A DNA stretch of 64,000 nucleotides from Eledone cirrhosa (GCA_964016885.1 OZ024745.1:14136001-14200000); one strand, 5' to 3'; counted from the first letter of the stretch, positions 41,901-58,304 are shown. Numbers and translations are program-made. The notes: a model not told the origin generated them from the letters alone.

Positions 41901-42289
41901 GAACACTGAACATTAGCGGGTTCTAACAGAGATTCTGTCAGTTATATCGACCAAGGAGCCACAAACGTCTTAGACCATTGAACCCCGTTGATGGAGCCCT
42001 TCAACTCCCATCGACCCCAAATATATAAAAAAGGAAGTAAATAAATAAATGAATCAGAATATAAAATAAAAATATACAATAAAAACAAATTATATATAAA
42101 CCAGAACCCTGTATAAGGAAGTTGTATCCTATGTTATATATTGTCACTTCCTATACATATGTCAGGTTTGGACCAGAATGTTCAATCGACTCTCTGGGAA
42201 GTCCCATTCGTCCTTGGGGATTACTGATGGTTGGTGTGTGGGGAATAGGAGATATCGACCACTTCGAGGATCCCTGATACAGACCGTAG

Positions 42290-42425
42290 TACCTTTTTTG
42301 TTGTTAATCTCAGTTGATTGCAAGGAAAATTGAATCACACCGAGGTTTGAATTCATAACGTAAAGACACCTGACGTAAATATATGCTCGAATGTAATTTG
42401 TTTTGGTGCTCTATCGATTCTGCCA
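42290..42425 (-). mobile_element. Degenerate family-A SINE fragment
   Basis: Minus strand: ttggcagaatcgatagagcacc...tctttacgttatgaattcaaacc. Confidence 0.55.
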
Positions 42426-42612
42426 ATCTATAATATGGTCAAACCAACCATGTACCAATCAATATCAATAGGGAGGGGTATATTCAATTAATCATAGTAT
42501 GTTGATAATATTTGTTTTTATCCTGGAATAATATACGCGGAGATGGTGTTGGAGGAATATGAATACAAAGTAGAGATAAAAACACACATTTACCATAATA
42601 TATATATATACA

Positions 42613-42669
<57 letters not shown>

Positions 42670-42679
42670 ATGTGAGTGA

Positions 42680-42743
<64 letters not shown>

Positions 42744-42753
42744 ATGTGAGTGA

Positions 42754-42795
<42 letters not shown>

Positions 42796-42951
42796 GTGTG
42801 TATGTGAGTGAGTGTATATATATATATACACTCACACACATACACATATAAATGCACCCATCTTCGCAGTTCATTAACACTTTCAAAATGCGTTCTCTCA
42901 TTTTCTTTTAGCACTACACCACTATATATATATATTTATACATATATACAT

Positions 42952-43039
<88 letters not shown>

Positions 43040-43208
43040 GATAAATAGCTTGTTCGCCATGGCGGTTATTTCAGAGGGAGTGTTTATATGAGATCATTAG
43101 GAATTGTTACTGTTGTACATTGCTGCATTAGAAGAGGTGAACAGCCTCATCATGAAATAAAATGGTATTATGTCGTCACATTGTTAAGTGTGTGATTATA
43201 TATATATA

Positions 43209-43268
<60 letters not shown>

Positions 43269-43334
43269 CGTGCATATATGACACTACCTATTTCCAAAGA
43301 AGTTGATTGAAAATAACATTCCACGTGCAAATTA

Positions 43335-45617
43335 CATTTCCTTATATAAACTTGTATATATGTCCTTATATACACATGTCCTTATATACACTTGTATATA
43401 TATCTCCTTATATACACATGACCTTATATACACTTGTATATATATGTCCTTATATACACATGTCCTTATATACACTTGTATACATACGTCCTTATATACA
43501 CATGTCCTTATATACACTTGTATATATGTCCTTATATACACATGTCCTTATATACACGTGTCCTTATATACACTTGTATATATGTCCTTATATACGCAAT
43601 ACTTATATACACATGTTTATATATGTCCTTATATACATATGTCCTTATATACACATGTCCTTATATACACTTATATACATATCTCCTTATACACACATCT
43701 CCTTATATACACATGTATATATATATGTCCTTATATACATATGTCCTTATATACACATGTCCTTATATACATATGTCCTTATATACACATTTCCTTATAT
43801 ACACTTGTATATATATGTCCTTATATACATATGTCCTTATATACACATGTCCTTATGTACATACGTCCTTATATACACATGTCCTTATATACACTTGTAT
43901 ATATATGGCCTTATATACATATGTCCTTATATACACATTTCCTTATATACACATTTCCTTATATACACATGTCCTTATATACTTATGTCCTTATATACAC
44001 ATGTCCTTATATACACATGTCCTTATATACACTTGTATATATGTCCTTATATACACATGTCCTTATATACACATGTTTATATATGTCCTTATATACATAT
44101 GTCCTTATATACACATGTCCTTATATACACTTATATACATATCTCCTTATACACACATTTCCTTATATACACATGTATATATATGTCCTTATATACATAT
44201 GTCCTTATATACACATGTCCTTATATACATATGTCCTTATATACACATTTCCTTATATACACTTGTATATATATGTCCTTATATACATATGTCCTTATAT
44301 ACACATGTCCTTATGTACATACGTCCTTATATACACATGTCCTTATATACACTTGTATATATATGGCCTTATATACATATGTCCTTATATACACATTTCC
44401 TTATATACACATTTCCTTATATACACATGTCCTTATATACTTATGTCCTTATATACACATTTCATTATATACACTTGTATATATGTCCTTATATACACAT
44501 GTCCTTATATACACGTGTCCTTATATACACTTGTATATATGTCCTTATATACACAATCCTTATATACACATGTTTATATATGTCCTTATATACATATGTC
44601 CTTATATACACATGTCCTTATATACACTTATATACATATCTCCTTATACACACATCTCCTTATATACACATGTATATATATATGTCCTTATATACATATG
44701 TCCTTATATACACATGTCCTTATATACACTTGTATATATATGGCCTTATATACATATGTCCTTATATACACATTTCCTTATATACACATTTCCTTATATA
44801 CATATGTCCTTATATACTTATGTCCTTATATACACATGTCCTTATATACACATGTCCTTATATACACTTGTATATATGTCCTTATATACACATGTTTATA
44901 TATGTCCTTGTATACATATGTCCTTATATACACATGTCCTTATATACACTTATATACATATCTCCTTATACACACATTTCCTTATATACACATGTATATA
45001 TATGTCCTTATATACATATGTCCTTATATACATATGTCCTTATATACACATTTCCTTATATACACTTGTATATATATGTCCTTATATACATATGTCCTTA
45101 TATACACATGTCCTTATGTACATACGTCCTTATATACACATGTCCTTATATACACTTGTATATATATGGCCTTATATACATATGTCCTTATATACACATT
45201 TCCTTATATACACATTTCCTTATATACACATGTCCTTATATACCTATGTCCTTATATACACATTTCATTATATACACTTGTATATACATGTCCTTATATA
45301 CATATATCCTTATATACACATGTCCTTATATACATATGTCCTTACATACACATTTCCTTATATACACTTGAATATATATGTCCTTATATACATATATCCT
45401 TATATACACATGTCCTTATATACATACGTCCTTATATACACATTTCCTTATATACACATTTCCTTATATACACGTCCTTATATACTTATGTCCTTATATA
45501 CACATTTCCTTATATACACTTGTATACACATGTCCTTATATACACATGTCCTTATATACACTTGTATATATATGTCCTTATATACATATGTCCTTATATA
45601 CATATTTCCTTTTATAC
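43335..45617. repeat. About 16-bp minisatellite (tgtccttatatacaca and variants)
   Basis: Directly visible. The rare variant cacgtgtcc recurs at about 43555 and 44512. Confidence 0.95.
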
Positions 45618-46118
45618 AAATGTTCTGATATGCACTTATATGTATGTGGCTAGTTACTATTTCAATGGAAAATATTGTAAAAACATTGTTAAGAACTAAC
45701 ATTTTACATCTATTTATGAACTAAGTTGCGACATTAACTGCTGTTTAAATAGATATGAAGTGTTGGTTCTACCGATGATTTTTGTGACCGAGTGGTTTAA
45801 ACTACAGAAATGGAAACAAGATCACCCACTGGAGGAGTAAAAAACAGCAGGAGGACACCCATGAGTCATGCCCTAGGTAGGCCCAGCTTTCGTAGCTTGT
45901 TATGAGCAATACAGGGCCGAAACATTTGCTTAATAAGAGTTCTTCTTCTGAAATTTCCCCTGCTGTCCGCTCTCCGCCTCGAAAGTTTCCGTCTACAAGT
46001 CACCATTTGAATGGAAAGCTTTTTGTAAACATCGAAGAGTAGATAAGTAAAAAGTGATCAGCTGAAGTGAAAATAATATAAGAATATAATAGTGCCAGGA
46101 GTTGCGATCGGTAGATAG

Positions 46119-48003
46119 TATCAGCAATGGAAAGACCAATGGAAATATTGTTTCTTTGGTTCCATATCAGCAATGGAAAGACCAATGGAAATATTGTTTC
46201 TTTGGTTCCATATCAGCAATGGAAAGACCAATGGAAATATTGTTTCTTTGGTTCCATATCAGCAATGGAAAGACCAATGGAAATATTGTTTCTTTGGTTC
46301 CCTATCAGCAATGGAAAGACCAATGGAAATATTGTTTCTTTGGTTCCATATCAGCAATGGAAAGACCAATGGAAATATTGTTTCTTTGGTTCCATATCAG
46401 CAATGGAAAGACCAATGGAAATATTATTTCTTTGGTCTCATATCAGCAATGGAAAGACCAATGGAAATATTGTTTCTTTGGTCTCATATCAGCAATGGAA
46501 AGACCAATGGAAATATTGTTTCTTTGGTTCCATATCAGCAATGGAAAGACCAATGGAAATATTGTTTCTTTGGTTCCATATCAGCAATGGAAAGACCAAT
46601 GGAAATATTGTTTCTTTGGTTCCATATCAGCAATGGAAAGACCAATGGAAATATTGTTTCTTTGGTCCTATATCAGCAATGGAAAGACCAATGGAAATAT
46701 TGTTTCTTTGGTCTCATATCAGCAATGGAAAGACCAATGGAAATATTGTTTCTTTGGTCCTATATCAGCAATGGAAAGACCAATGGAAATATTGTTTCTT
46801 TGGTCCTATATCAGCAATGGAAAGACCAATGGAAATATTGTTTCTTTGGTCTCATATCAGCAATGGAAAGACCAATGGAAATATTGTTTCTTTGGTCCTA
46901 TATCAGCAATGGAAAGACCAATGGAAATATTGTTTCTTTGGTTCCATATCAGCAATGGAAAGACCAATGGAAATATTGTTTCTTTGGTTCCATATCAGCA
47001 ATGGAAAGACCAATGGAAATATTGTTTCTTTGGTCCTATATCAGCAATGGAAAGACCAATGGAAATATTATTTCTTTGGTCTCATATCAGCAATGGAAAG
47101 ACCAATGGAAATATTGTTTCTTTGGTCCTATATCAGCAATGGAAAGACCAATGGAAATATTGTTTCTTTGGTCCTATATCAGCAATGGAAAGACCAATGG
47201 AAATATTGTTTCTTTGGTCTCATATCAGCAATGGAAAGACCAATGGAAATATTGTTTCTTTGGTCCTATATCAGCAATGGAAAGACCAATGGAAATATTG
47301 TTTCTTTGGTTCCATATCAGCAATGGAAAGACCAATGGAAATATTGTTTCTTTGGTTCCATATCAGCAATGGAAAGACCAATGGAAATATTGTTTCTTTG
47401 GTCCTATATCAGCAATGGAAAGACCAATGGAAATATTATTTCTTTGGTCTCATATCAGCAATGGAAAGACCAATGGAAATATTGTTTCTTTGGTCCTATA
47501 TCAGCAATGGAAAGACCAATGGAAATATTGTTTCTTTGGTCCTATATCAGCAATGGAAAGACCAATGGAAATATTGTTTCTTTGGTCTCATATCAGCAAT
47601 GGAAAGACCAATGGAAATATTGTTTCTTTGGTCCTATATCAGCAATGGAAAGACCAATGGAAATATTGTTTCTTTGGTCCTATATCAGCAATGGAAATAC
47701 CAATGGAAATATTGTTTCTTTGGTCCTATATCAGCAATGGAAAGACCAATGGAAATATTGTTTCTTTGGTCTCATATCAGCAATGGAAAGACCAATGGAA
47801 ATATTGTTTCTTTGGTCCTATATCAGCAATGGAAAGACCAATGGAAATATTGTTTCTTTGGTCCTATATCAGCAATGGAAAGACCAATGGAAATATTGTT
47901 TCTTTGGTCTCATATCAGCAATGGAAAGACCAATGGAAATATTGTTTCTTTGGTCCTATATCAGCAATGGAAAGACCAATGGAAATATTGTTTCTTTGGT
48001 CCT
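46119..48003. repeat. 46-bp minisatellite, about 41 copies
   Basis: tatcagcaatggaaagaccaatggaaatattgtttctttggt followed by tcca, ctca or ccta. Confidence 0.97.
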
Positions 48004-48171
48004 TATTTAACTAGATCAGAATCCTCTTTTGCATCACTTTTCCATTACTGTGATTCTGTAAGCAGTACTATGCACAGAAAGACCTCTCCTTCATTGCTTA
48101 TTTTACATCCAACGCTACATATGTAAATCTCCCGTAAATATATCTCCCTCCACACTCTTTGACACACCACC

Positions 48172-48470
48172 CTGCATGGGGGCAAGGGGGCAATTGCCCT
48201 GGTCCCCCTGCAGTGAGGGGCCCCACTAGCGACGACCGTAGCAATTTATTTGTGCCCTCAGCTGGGCGTTTTAGTTTTAGGATGGTTAGAATTTTTGAAT
48301 TTAATACCTATATGCACAACTTTTCAATTCCAATTACTTACGCCAAGCTAACTTTGATATGTAAAATTCGGGGGTGGTCGTGGTGGTGCTGTGTATTCTA
48401 AATTTTTGTCTATGAGGGGTCTCCCCAAACCTGAAGTGCTCCGAGCCCCTCATGTCCTAAATCAAATCCT
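48172..48470. mobile_element. Possible decayed MITE / non-autonomous DNA transposon
   Basis: GC-rich ends (gggggcaagggggcaattgccc...gggcccc; ...gagcccctcatgtcctaaatc) in an AT-rich context. No clean TIR or TSD. Confidence 0.3.
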
Positions 48471-48747
48471 ACATGCAGGCCATGTATGAAAGTATCTCTG
48501 GGTGTTTTCAACCAGCAAGGCCGCCGGCGTGACAATGACTCTTCTATCACCCATCCCAGAAACTGGACCCTATATTCACTAAACCTTTCAAACTTTTCAC
48601 AGTGTTTCCCATTTCCAATAAAAGCAAACCCTTTGACAGTCAGCTATCGTCTTATCGCACTCACTTCCAATATCTCAACAGTAATGGACACAGCCATTAA
48701 CCATGTTCTCCAGCATACCGAATCTCTCTCCCTTCTCTTCTCTCTCA

Positions 48748-48805
<58 letters not shown>

Positions 48806-49286
48806 CTCCCTGTCTTTCTCTCCTCTCTTCTCTCTCTATCACCCTCTTTCTTTCTCCCCTCTCTTCTCTCTCACTCTCTATCACCCCCTCTCTCTGTCTC
48901 TCTAACTCACGTATATATTTACTATATAAAGACAGAGAAATTTAATATCCTATAATAATCAATACAGTGTTGTACCCAATATCATGAGTTTAGTAAAGTT
49001 GTGAAAGTCTTATCAGAAACATAAACCACTTTCATTTTCTGTTTGTCTTTAACTATAAATATAAGATACTTTAGGCAATGAATACAATCTCAACAATAAT
49101 GAATACACAATGAAGTAGATTGAAAACATATACTTATCTAGATAGGAATATCATTTGGGTTTCATGTAAATTTTCTCACTGAAAGTATTGCCAAGTGTTT
49201 GAATAGTTAAATGAAAAAAAAAATCAACTACAAAATGCTTGATGATCATATTTTTACTAAGTATAAGATTTCTAGTATTTCCTGTG

Positions 49287-49376
<90 letters not shown>

Positions 49377-49407
49377 GTATATATATATTTATATATAAAT
49401 ACGTATA

Positions 49408-49458
<51 letters not shown>

Positions 49459-49633
49459 TATCTATGTATATTTATACATATTTATGTATGTATAAATACA
49501 TAAATATATTTATACATGTATAAATATATTTATAAATGTATAAATATATAAATATTTATAAATGTATAAATATATAAATTTATTTATACATATTCATGTA
49601 TGTATATATATATTTATATATAAATATATAGAA

Positions 49634-50322
49634 TCTCTATATATAAAGTTGTAATTGGTATCTGTTTGTTTGTTTGTTCACGAACTCTCCCTATGGCTTT
49701 GAAGATAGACCCACATAACCATATATATTCTGAAACTACATTGCCCAGGGTACTTGGATAAGTATATTTCATTTCAATCAAAGACTTACCGGGGGCCAAA
49801 CCCCGTTGTAAATCCTCGCTGAAAACTTTTTCCCTTCGACTTATATGAAATTTAAACAATAGGTAAATGATACAAAATTTCAGCAAATTTCAATAATATT
49901 AAGACACCCTAATGGAGGTTAAACCCCCTATTAGGGTTCCCCGGGGGCACAAACCCCGACTGAAAATGTTTTCCCTTCGATTTATATGAAATTTCAACTA
50001 TAGGTAAATGACAAGATATGATGCCTATTCACAAAAGTTTTGAATTGATATTTTGAAAAAAATTATTTACAAGAAACAAAATAAGATTAAGATTTAATAA
50101 TGTAATTTTGATTTGATATATTACAAAAAATAATTGTTTCTACTTTTGGCACAAGGCCAGCAAAAAATAATATTTTCTAATTTTTCATGTATTACATTTT
50201 ATAGTAATATTAAAATGCAGCGTTTTTCTCCATAAATTATATCATTGATTTAAAATCAATCATCATTTTCTTACGAAAAAAAAAATGTGTGAAACGCAGC
50301 AAGGCGCGGGTAATTCGGCTAG
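49634..50322 (+). mobile_element. Non-autonomous Helitron-like element
   Basis: A|TCtctatatataaa start, (tttg)n near the 5' end, GC-rich subterminal cgcagcaaggcgcggg and CTAG|T end. Internal duplication about 49790-49870/49940-50012. Carries a 26-bp SINE tail with TSD caaaaaataat. Confidence 0.75.
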
Positions 50323-50360
50323 TATATATATATTATACGTATTTATATATAAATAAATAA

Positions 50361-50424
<64 letters not shown>

Positions 50425-50814
50425 TTAAGGATACTATTTATGGTTATGTATGTAATAAAACCTTTTATGGTTATATATTTTTTATACAAACCCTAAATAG
50501 TGAAAGATAGTCATTAATTACTATCTTATTACCAGTAAGATAAATAGCTCAATGTAATAACATCGGTTGTTTTACAGAGCAGTTATATAGAGATTACAAT
50601 AATCAAAGTTCAGTTTAAATCATTTATTTGCTTACAATTGTTTCCTCCAAACCAATGTTTGGGTTCTTCGGAGCAACTATTTAGTGATCTATAACATACT
50701 TGACCTCCTTTTCAACACAAGAGACATATAAAAACATATGCACATATTGACCCACAGTGGGATGACATCCATCAAAATGATATAGCATGGCAATTTACAT
50801 ATAAAGGTTAAAGG

Positions 50815-51056
50815 ATAAAAATAAAAATAAAAATAAAAATAAAAATAAAAATAAAAATAAAAATAAAAATAAAAATAAAAATAAAAATAAAAATAAAAAT
50901 AAAAATAAAAATAAAAATAAAAATAAAAATAAAAATAAAAATAAAAATAAAAATAAAAATAAAAATAAAAATAAAAATAAAAATAAAAATAAAAATAAAA
51001 ATAAAAATAAAAATAAAAATAAAAATAAAAATAAAAATAAAAATAAAAATAAAAAT
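50815..51056. repeat. (TAAAAA)n hexamer microsatellite, about 40 units, inside the pseudo-LTR
   Basis: Directly visible. Confidence 0.97.
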
Positions 51057-54000
51057 GAAGCATTGGCAGTTTATGAAGATAAAGCAAGAGGAAAGTTTAG
51101 AGTAGTCAGTGTATGAAACAATCTCACGTGTAGCATGCACGCGTGTCTTATTTATACAGGATTAGAGTGCGTCAGATTGTTACTTGCAGGGTCAGGCAGT
51201 TGAAGCAGGCAATCGATATTATTATGTGGGCTGAATTATTAAATGATTTTTTCGCATACACCTGTATGATATACAATCCAGGATGTAGAGAAACACCAAA
51301 ATATTAAAAATCTCAAACATATTATAAAACATATTATATCGTAGGCAAAACATTACCACTGTCTTCGCTCACACCACCACTCACATAATCCATGAGACGC
51401 AATATATAGACCACGGGTCTATCATATAATCCACGATGGTTCAGCATATAACCAAGTTATAAACCATATCTTGTCGATTCTTAATTAATAGATCATGTTG
51501 TTTAGTTTTGTGTGATGATATTATATTCCGGAAGTGTGTGTGTGACCAAGGGGAGTTAATGCGTAAGGGGAGGTAACTAGCTGGTTTTCTTAGTTAAATT
51601 TATTATCCTAAATTACATTAATGGTGTTTCAAATAAGTGCCTATCATATGATGTTATAACTAATTTCTAGATTATGTTACTTATCTATAGGTTACAGTGT
51701 TGTCTATTAAGAGGTACTAAAGGTGTATATATCAGGATGATTACCTTCTATTAAGGGGTGTCATATCTGAACATTCTATAAGAAGAGTCAGACCCCCAAA
51801 TCAATGTTCTTTGTAAGTGTAATTCCACCCGCAGGACCTGGCATGGTCCTATTATTATATATGACTCCCGGTAAGCTCTGGGTCATTGTATGTCTGAATC
51901 CCTGGCAAATTTGAATATCTCCAGGGTGGTCTGGAGATCAAATTTCTCATATAAAGACACCAGTCTGGCCATCAAGCAATACATAAACTCCCATCTCATA
52001 TATAAATTAAATTAGGTAACTTATCTACAAATTAGAGTGGAGTCTATTAATAAGTACTAAAGCAGTTCATATCATGATGATTACAATCTAATATGGAGTG
52101 CCACACCTGGACAATCCATAAGAAGAGTCAGACTTCAAAATTAATTATATGGGTCTCACTACTAATAAGGGTCTTATTACTAATAATGGTCTTATCATAC
52201 AAGACTCCCGGCAAGTTTCGGGTCATTGTATGACTGCATCCCCGGTAAATTCAAATATCACCAGGGTGGTCCGGGGACCAGTTCTCTCATCAAAAGATAC
52301 TAATCAGGTCATCAAGCAACACAGAAACTCCTAACTCATGTATCACCTGTGCATAATTCATTGTACTCATCGTATAGAATATATAGTCACATAACAATAA
52401 GATTACCTACTTAATCATCAATCTATCTCATGGTGGCACTCCATGCACATGATTATGTTAGCACAACCAATACCGTGTCTACAGTTTATATTAATCATAT
52501 ATTTGTGCAATGCAGTTTAAGTAATCCACGGCCGAGATATCAGAATTAGAAGTACATGGGGGTATCCCCAGGGTAGATGGTACTATAATATTGCCACTAT
52601 TACCTTTAGAGTATATAAATGGGTGTGGAGATGAGGTGTGAGGTGTGCCACTGATGCTAATTGCTAGGGGTGGTGACGGTTCCAGTCTGACATTGTTATA
52701 TATAGGGTTTAAAGTTTTGGAAAGAGTGTCGGAAGCGGTGTTGGCAAGATGCGAACACTTCTGATTTTTTATTAAGGAGATTATGGTTAGAGAAGATGAT
52801 AGTATGGGTCTCTAGTAGACAGAGGTTACAAAATTTATTAGGTGGTTTGTACGATGTTGCACTACCTACCACTTCCCATTTAAGTGTATATATTTTATTT
52901 TTAGTTTTTAGATAGTGTATGTAGCTAGATAGTGAAGTGGAGTTGGCTAGACTGTGTTTTTTGAAAGAGTGGAGGTGCGAATTGTATCTAGTTTTGAAGC
53001 AGTTAGAAGTAGAGCCTATATAGGTTTCAGAAGAGTTGTTAGTTGTGACTGTACATGAGTATATGATATCCTTGGTTAAGCATTTTTTATCTAAAGGGCA
53101 GGTTCTATTTGATCTACAGTTACAATTATTCTGGGTGTTAGTCTGCCGGTTAATATGCTGTGTAGAAGTTTGGATGTTAGCTATAGGGTTATGGTTATGT
53201 GGGTTGTCGTTCACAGCGTTAATGTTTACACTAGTACTAATACTATTATTTCTATTGATATTATGGTTATTTGCTATAATGTTATTTTGAATCTTATTTT
53301 GAAGGTTTATCGTCTGTTGTGATTTAGTTTGTTGGAAGTAAGAATTAATTTTTCTTTTATTGCTACTAGCTATGTGGTATGCTAAGTTAGGCGTAGTAGA
53401 GTATGAGATTTTAATAGTGTTTTTGTTTAAAAGGCTATGGTACTTGTGGCCGGATGGGAAGTGTTTATCCAGTAGTGAGAAGAAAGCCCTAGGTAGGTTG
53501 GTAGAGACGTTTAGATTGAAAGGAGGGTTGAAAAATGTATTATTTCTTCTTCTATTTCTGTTTTTTATGTCTGGTGATTTGTTTCCTTTAATGTTACTAT
53601 GGTAATTTCTGTGGTGTGGGTTACTTTTGTTGTTATCATCTCTATTAGTGTGTGTGTGGTTGCTATTCCTATTATTAAATTTTCTCATGGACATGCTGTG
53701 TGAAATAATGTTGTAGCTATGCGTTTTTGTAGGTAGGAACTCTATCCCTGTATTATGGCCTGATCTAGCTAATGCCTGATTATAATATTGCGAGTTATTG
53801 TTAAATGTGTTTATGTCATAGGAAAGATTAGAGATTCTATTAGATACTCCCTTAGAGATAGAGTTTAATATAGATCTAGGGTGGTTAGACTTGGTATCTA
53901 CGTAGATGAGTTTTTCATTACGATATAATATGTTTTGTCTACGATATAATATGTTTTATAATATGTTTGTGATTTTTGATATTTTGGTGTTTCTCTACAT

Positions 54001-54396
54001 CCGGGATTGTATATCATACAGGTGTATGCGAAAAAATGATTTAATAATTCAGCCCACATAATAATATCGATTGCCTGCTTCAACTGCCTGACCCTGCAAG
54101 TAACAATCTGACGCACTCTAATCCTGTATAAATAAGACACGCGTGCATGCTACACGTGAGATTGTTTCATACACTGACTACTCTAAACTTTCCTCTTGCT
54201 TTATCTTCATAAACTGCCAATGCTTCATTTTTATTTTTATTTTTATTTTTATTATTATCCTTTAACCTTTATATGTAAATTGCCATGCTATATCATTTTG
54301 ATGGATGTCATCCCACTGTGGGTCAATATGTGCATATGTTTTTATATGTCTCTTGTGTTGAAAAGGAGGTCAAGTATGTTATAGATCACTAAATAG

Positions 54397-54445
54397 TTGC
54401 TCCGAAGAACCCAAACCTCGGTTTGGAGGAAACAATTGTAAGCAA
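54397..54445 (+). ncRNA. Hammerhead ribozyme (U4C variant) in PLE pseudo-LTR (mirror copy at 50628-50676, minus strand)
   Basis: ttgct-CCGAAGA-ac-ccaaac/ctcg/gtttgg-ag-GAAA-caattg-TA-agcaa. Confidence 0.75.
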
Positions 54446-54503
54446 ATAAATGATTTAAACTGAACTTTGATTATTGTAATCTCTCTATCTCTCTCTATAT
54501 ATA

Positions 54504-55346
54504 TATTATCTCCCAACGAGCGGAATATTGAGAGTAAGTTAAACAATTTTTCACTTTTTATTGTGTTTTTGTTTTGATATGCACTCTTTTTCCTGCTACT
54601 AATTTTGTCTCTCACTCTTTTAAATTGTGAATTAGACTGGTTATCTACGCACGTGGCTGACACATTTCAGCTCGCTAAAATATTGTTATATAATGGATGA
54701 TCGCATTTAAAGTCCGTTAAAGTTTCTTGGCACTACCATTGTTACCATCGCTTTCCTCTAGCCATGGGGCTTGGAGACATGAACCGAATGCTACCATTCT
54801 ATTTTATATCAAACTGCTATTTCTAATGGCCATCTTTTCACCCCTTGATAATTTGTGTGTGAGACACGTTGGCTGAGATCTTCTGACAGGAACTAAAAGA
54901 TTGATTCTTTTTAGCTTCCCGTCCCCACGTAAAATTTGTAAATCAGTGGCTAATTGAGAAATAGAGTCCTATCGGTTGCCAGTTGCGAATAGCTTTACCG
55001 TGTTAGTCATCACAAACAGTCATGGCCGGCATAGACTGGTCTTAGGATTATGTCGATCGATTGGTTATTGATTAGGCGATACCCGCTGATGAAGCTGCAT
55101 AAGCCGATTGTGCATTGTTGCATAATATATGCACACAGATGGTACGGTGCACCTTACTGCTGCTTTAGTGCAGCAGAAACTCGAGTCCGGGAACCTTATA
55201 GCACCCGTTTTACGTGTGTTGTGTTGAAGCAAATAACTATGTGTATACTCTGGGAATCTATCTTACATTGCCCATTGAGTGCGCTGAGATACAACCGGTA
55301 CTGGCATTGATAAATATGCTGGGTCCGTCAACCCTTAATATTATTA
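54504..55346 (+). mobile_element. 845-bp non-coding HHR-bearing element, copy 2
   Basis: Colinear with 34694-35542 throughout; ends in (TTA)/(TA)n. Confidence 0.85.
55082..55191 (+). ncRNA. Type I hammerhead ribozyme with an 83-nt stem II domain
   Basis: cccg-CTGATGA-a-gctgca...tgcagc-a-GAAA-ctcgag-TC-cggg. Palindromic stem III; GUC site at 55185-55187. Confidence 0.75.
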
Positions 55347-55456
55347 TATATATATATATATATATATTATACATATTTAAAATATTTATATAATATATAT
55401 ATATTTATATATATATTTATATATAAATACGTTTTATATATATATATATATATATA

Positions 55457-58023
<2,567 letters not shown>

Positions 58024-58304
58024 CATATGTATAATATATTGCTTAGCGGGCTGGGTCTGAAAATATTGGTTGCCAGGAGGAAACAAAGAGGCCCAGCCAC
58101 AACTACAATACTGTCATTTAATTTTTATATCAAATAAGTAAAATAAAAAAAAAATCCTCTCTATTTCTGAGTAATTGACTAAAATTATGAACTAAGAATA
58201 CGGATTATAGAATATATTAAAAATGTCTTACATTTTCCAATAAAAAATATCTTGTGAAATATACACATTCATAAAATAGCAGTAATGTACTTCGGTTTTC
58301 ACAA

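Larger units (their letters stand above)
50423..54484 (-). mobile_element. 5'-truncated PLE (RT thumb, linker, GIY-YIG; coding about 53897-52696) with a 2.3-kb 3' UTR and inverted pseudo-LTR (50589-51350/53920-54484)
   Basis: KSNHPRSILNSISKGVSNRISNLS...YYNQALARSG; ORF 52696..53694 has FFNPPFN, CNCRSNRTCPLDKKC, DIIYSC...TYIGST, RYNSH, CNLCLLE, CQH. The CxCR...CPL..C linker resembles the Naiad/Neptune group (inference). Confidence 0.92.

Noticed and set aside
36792-41913. Poly-Val (1704 aa) and poly-Cys ORFs
   Set aside because: Antisense readings of the triplet satellite.
42160-42295. Possible host exon (complex sequence island)
   Set aside because: No recognisable protein motif in the frames tried and no convincing splice-site pair.
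45868-45932. ggccc...gggcc-GAAA stem resembling HHR stem II
   Set aside because: The upstream core reads CTAGGTA, not CTGANGA, and there is no cleavage triplet or stem I.
46119-48003. CRISPR-like array (hairpin-forming repeats)
   Set aside because: No unique spacers, no cas genes, eukaryotic context; a plain minisatellite.
43303-48126. 600-800 aa ORFs in several frames
   Set aside because: Artefacts of stop-free 16-bp and 46-bp repeat units.
52696-53694. Selenocysteine-encoding PLE, as in some Naiad elements
   Set aside because: All linker Cys codons are TGT/TGC; no in-frame TGA was seen here or in the CSCR..CPL..C linker of the 25496 element.
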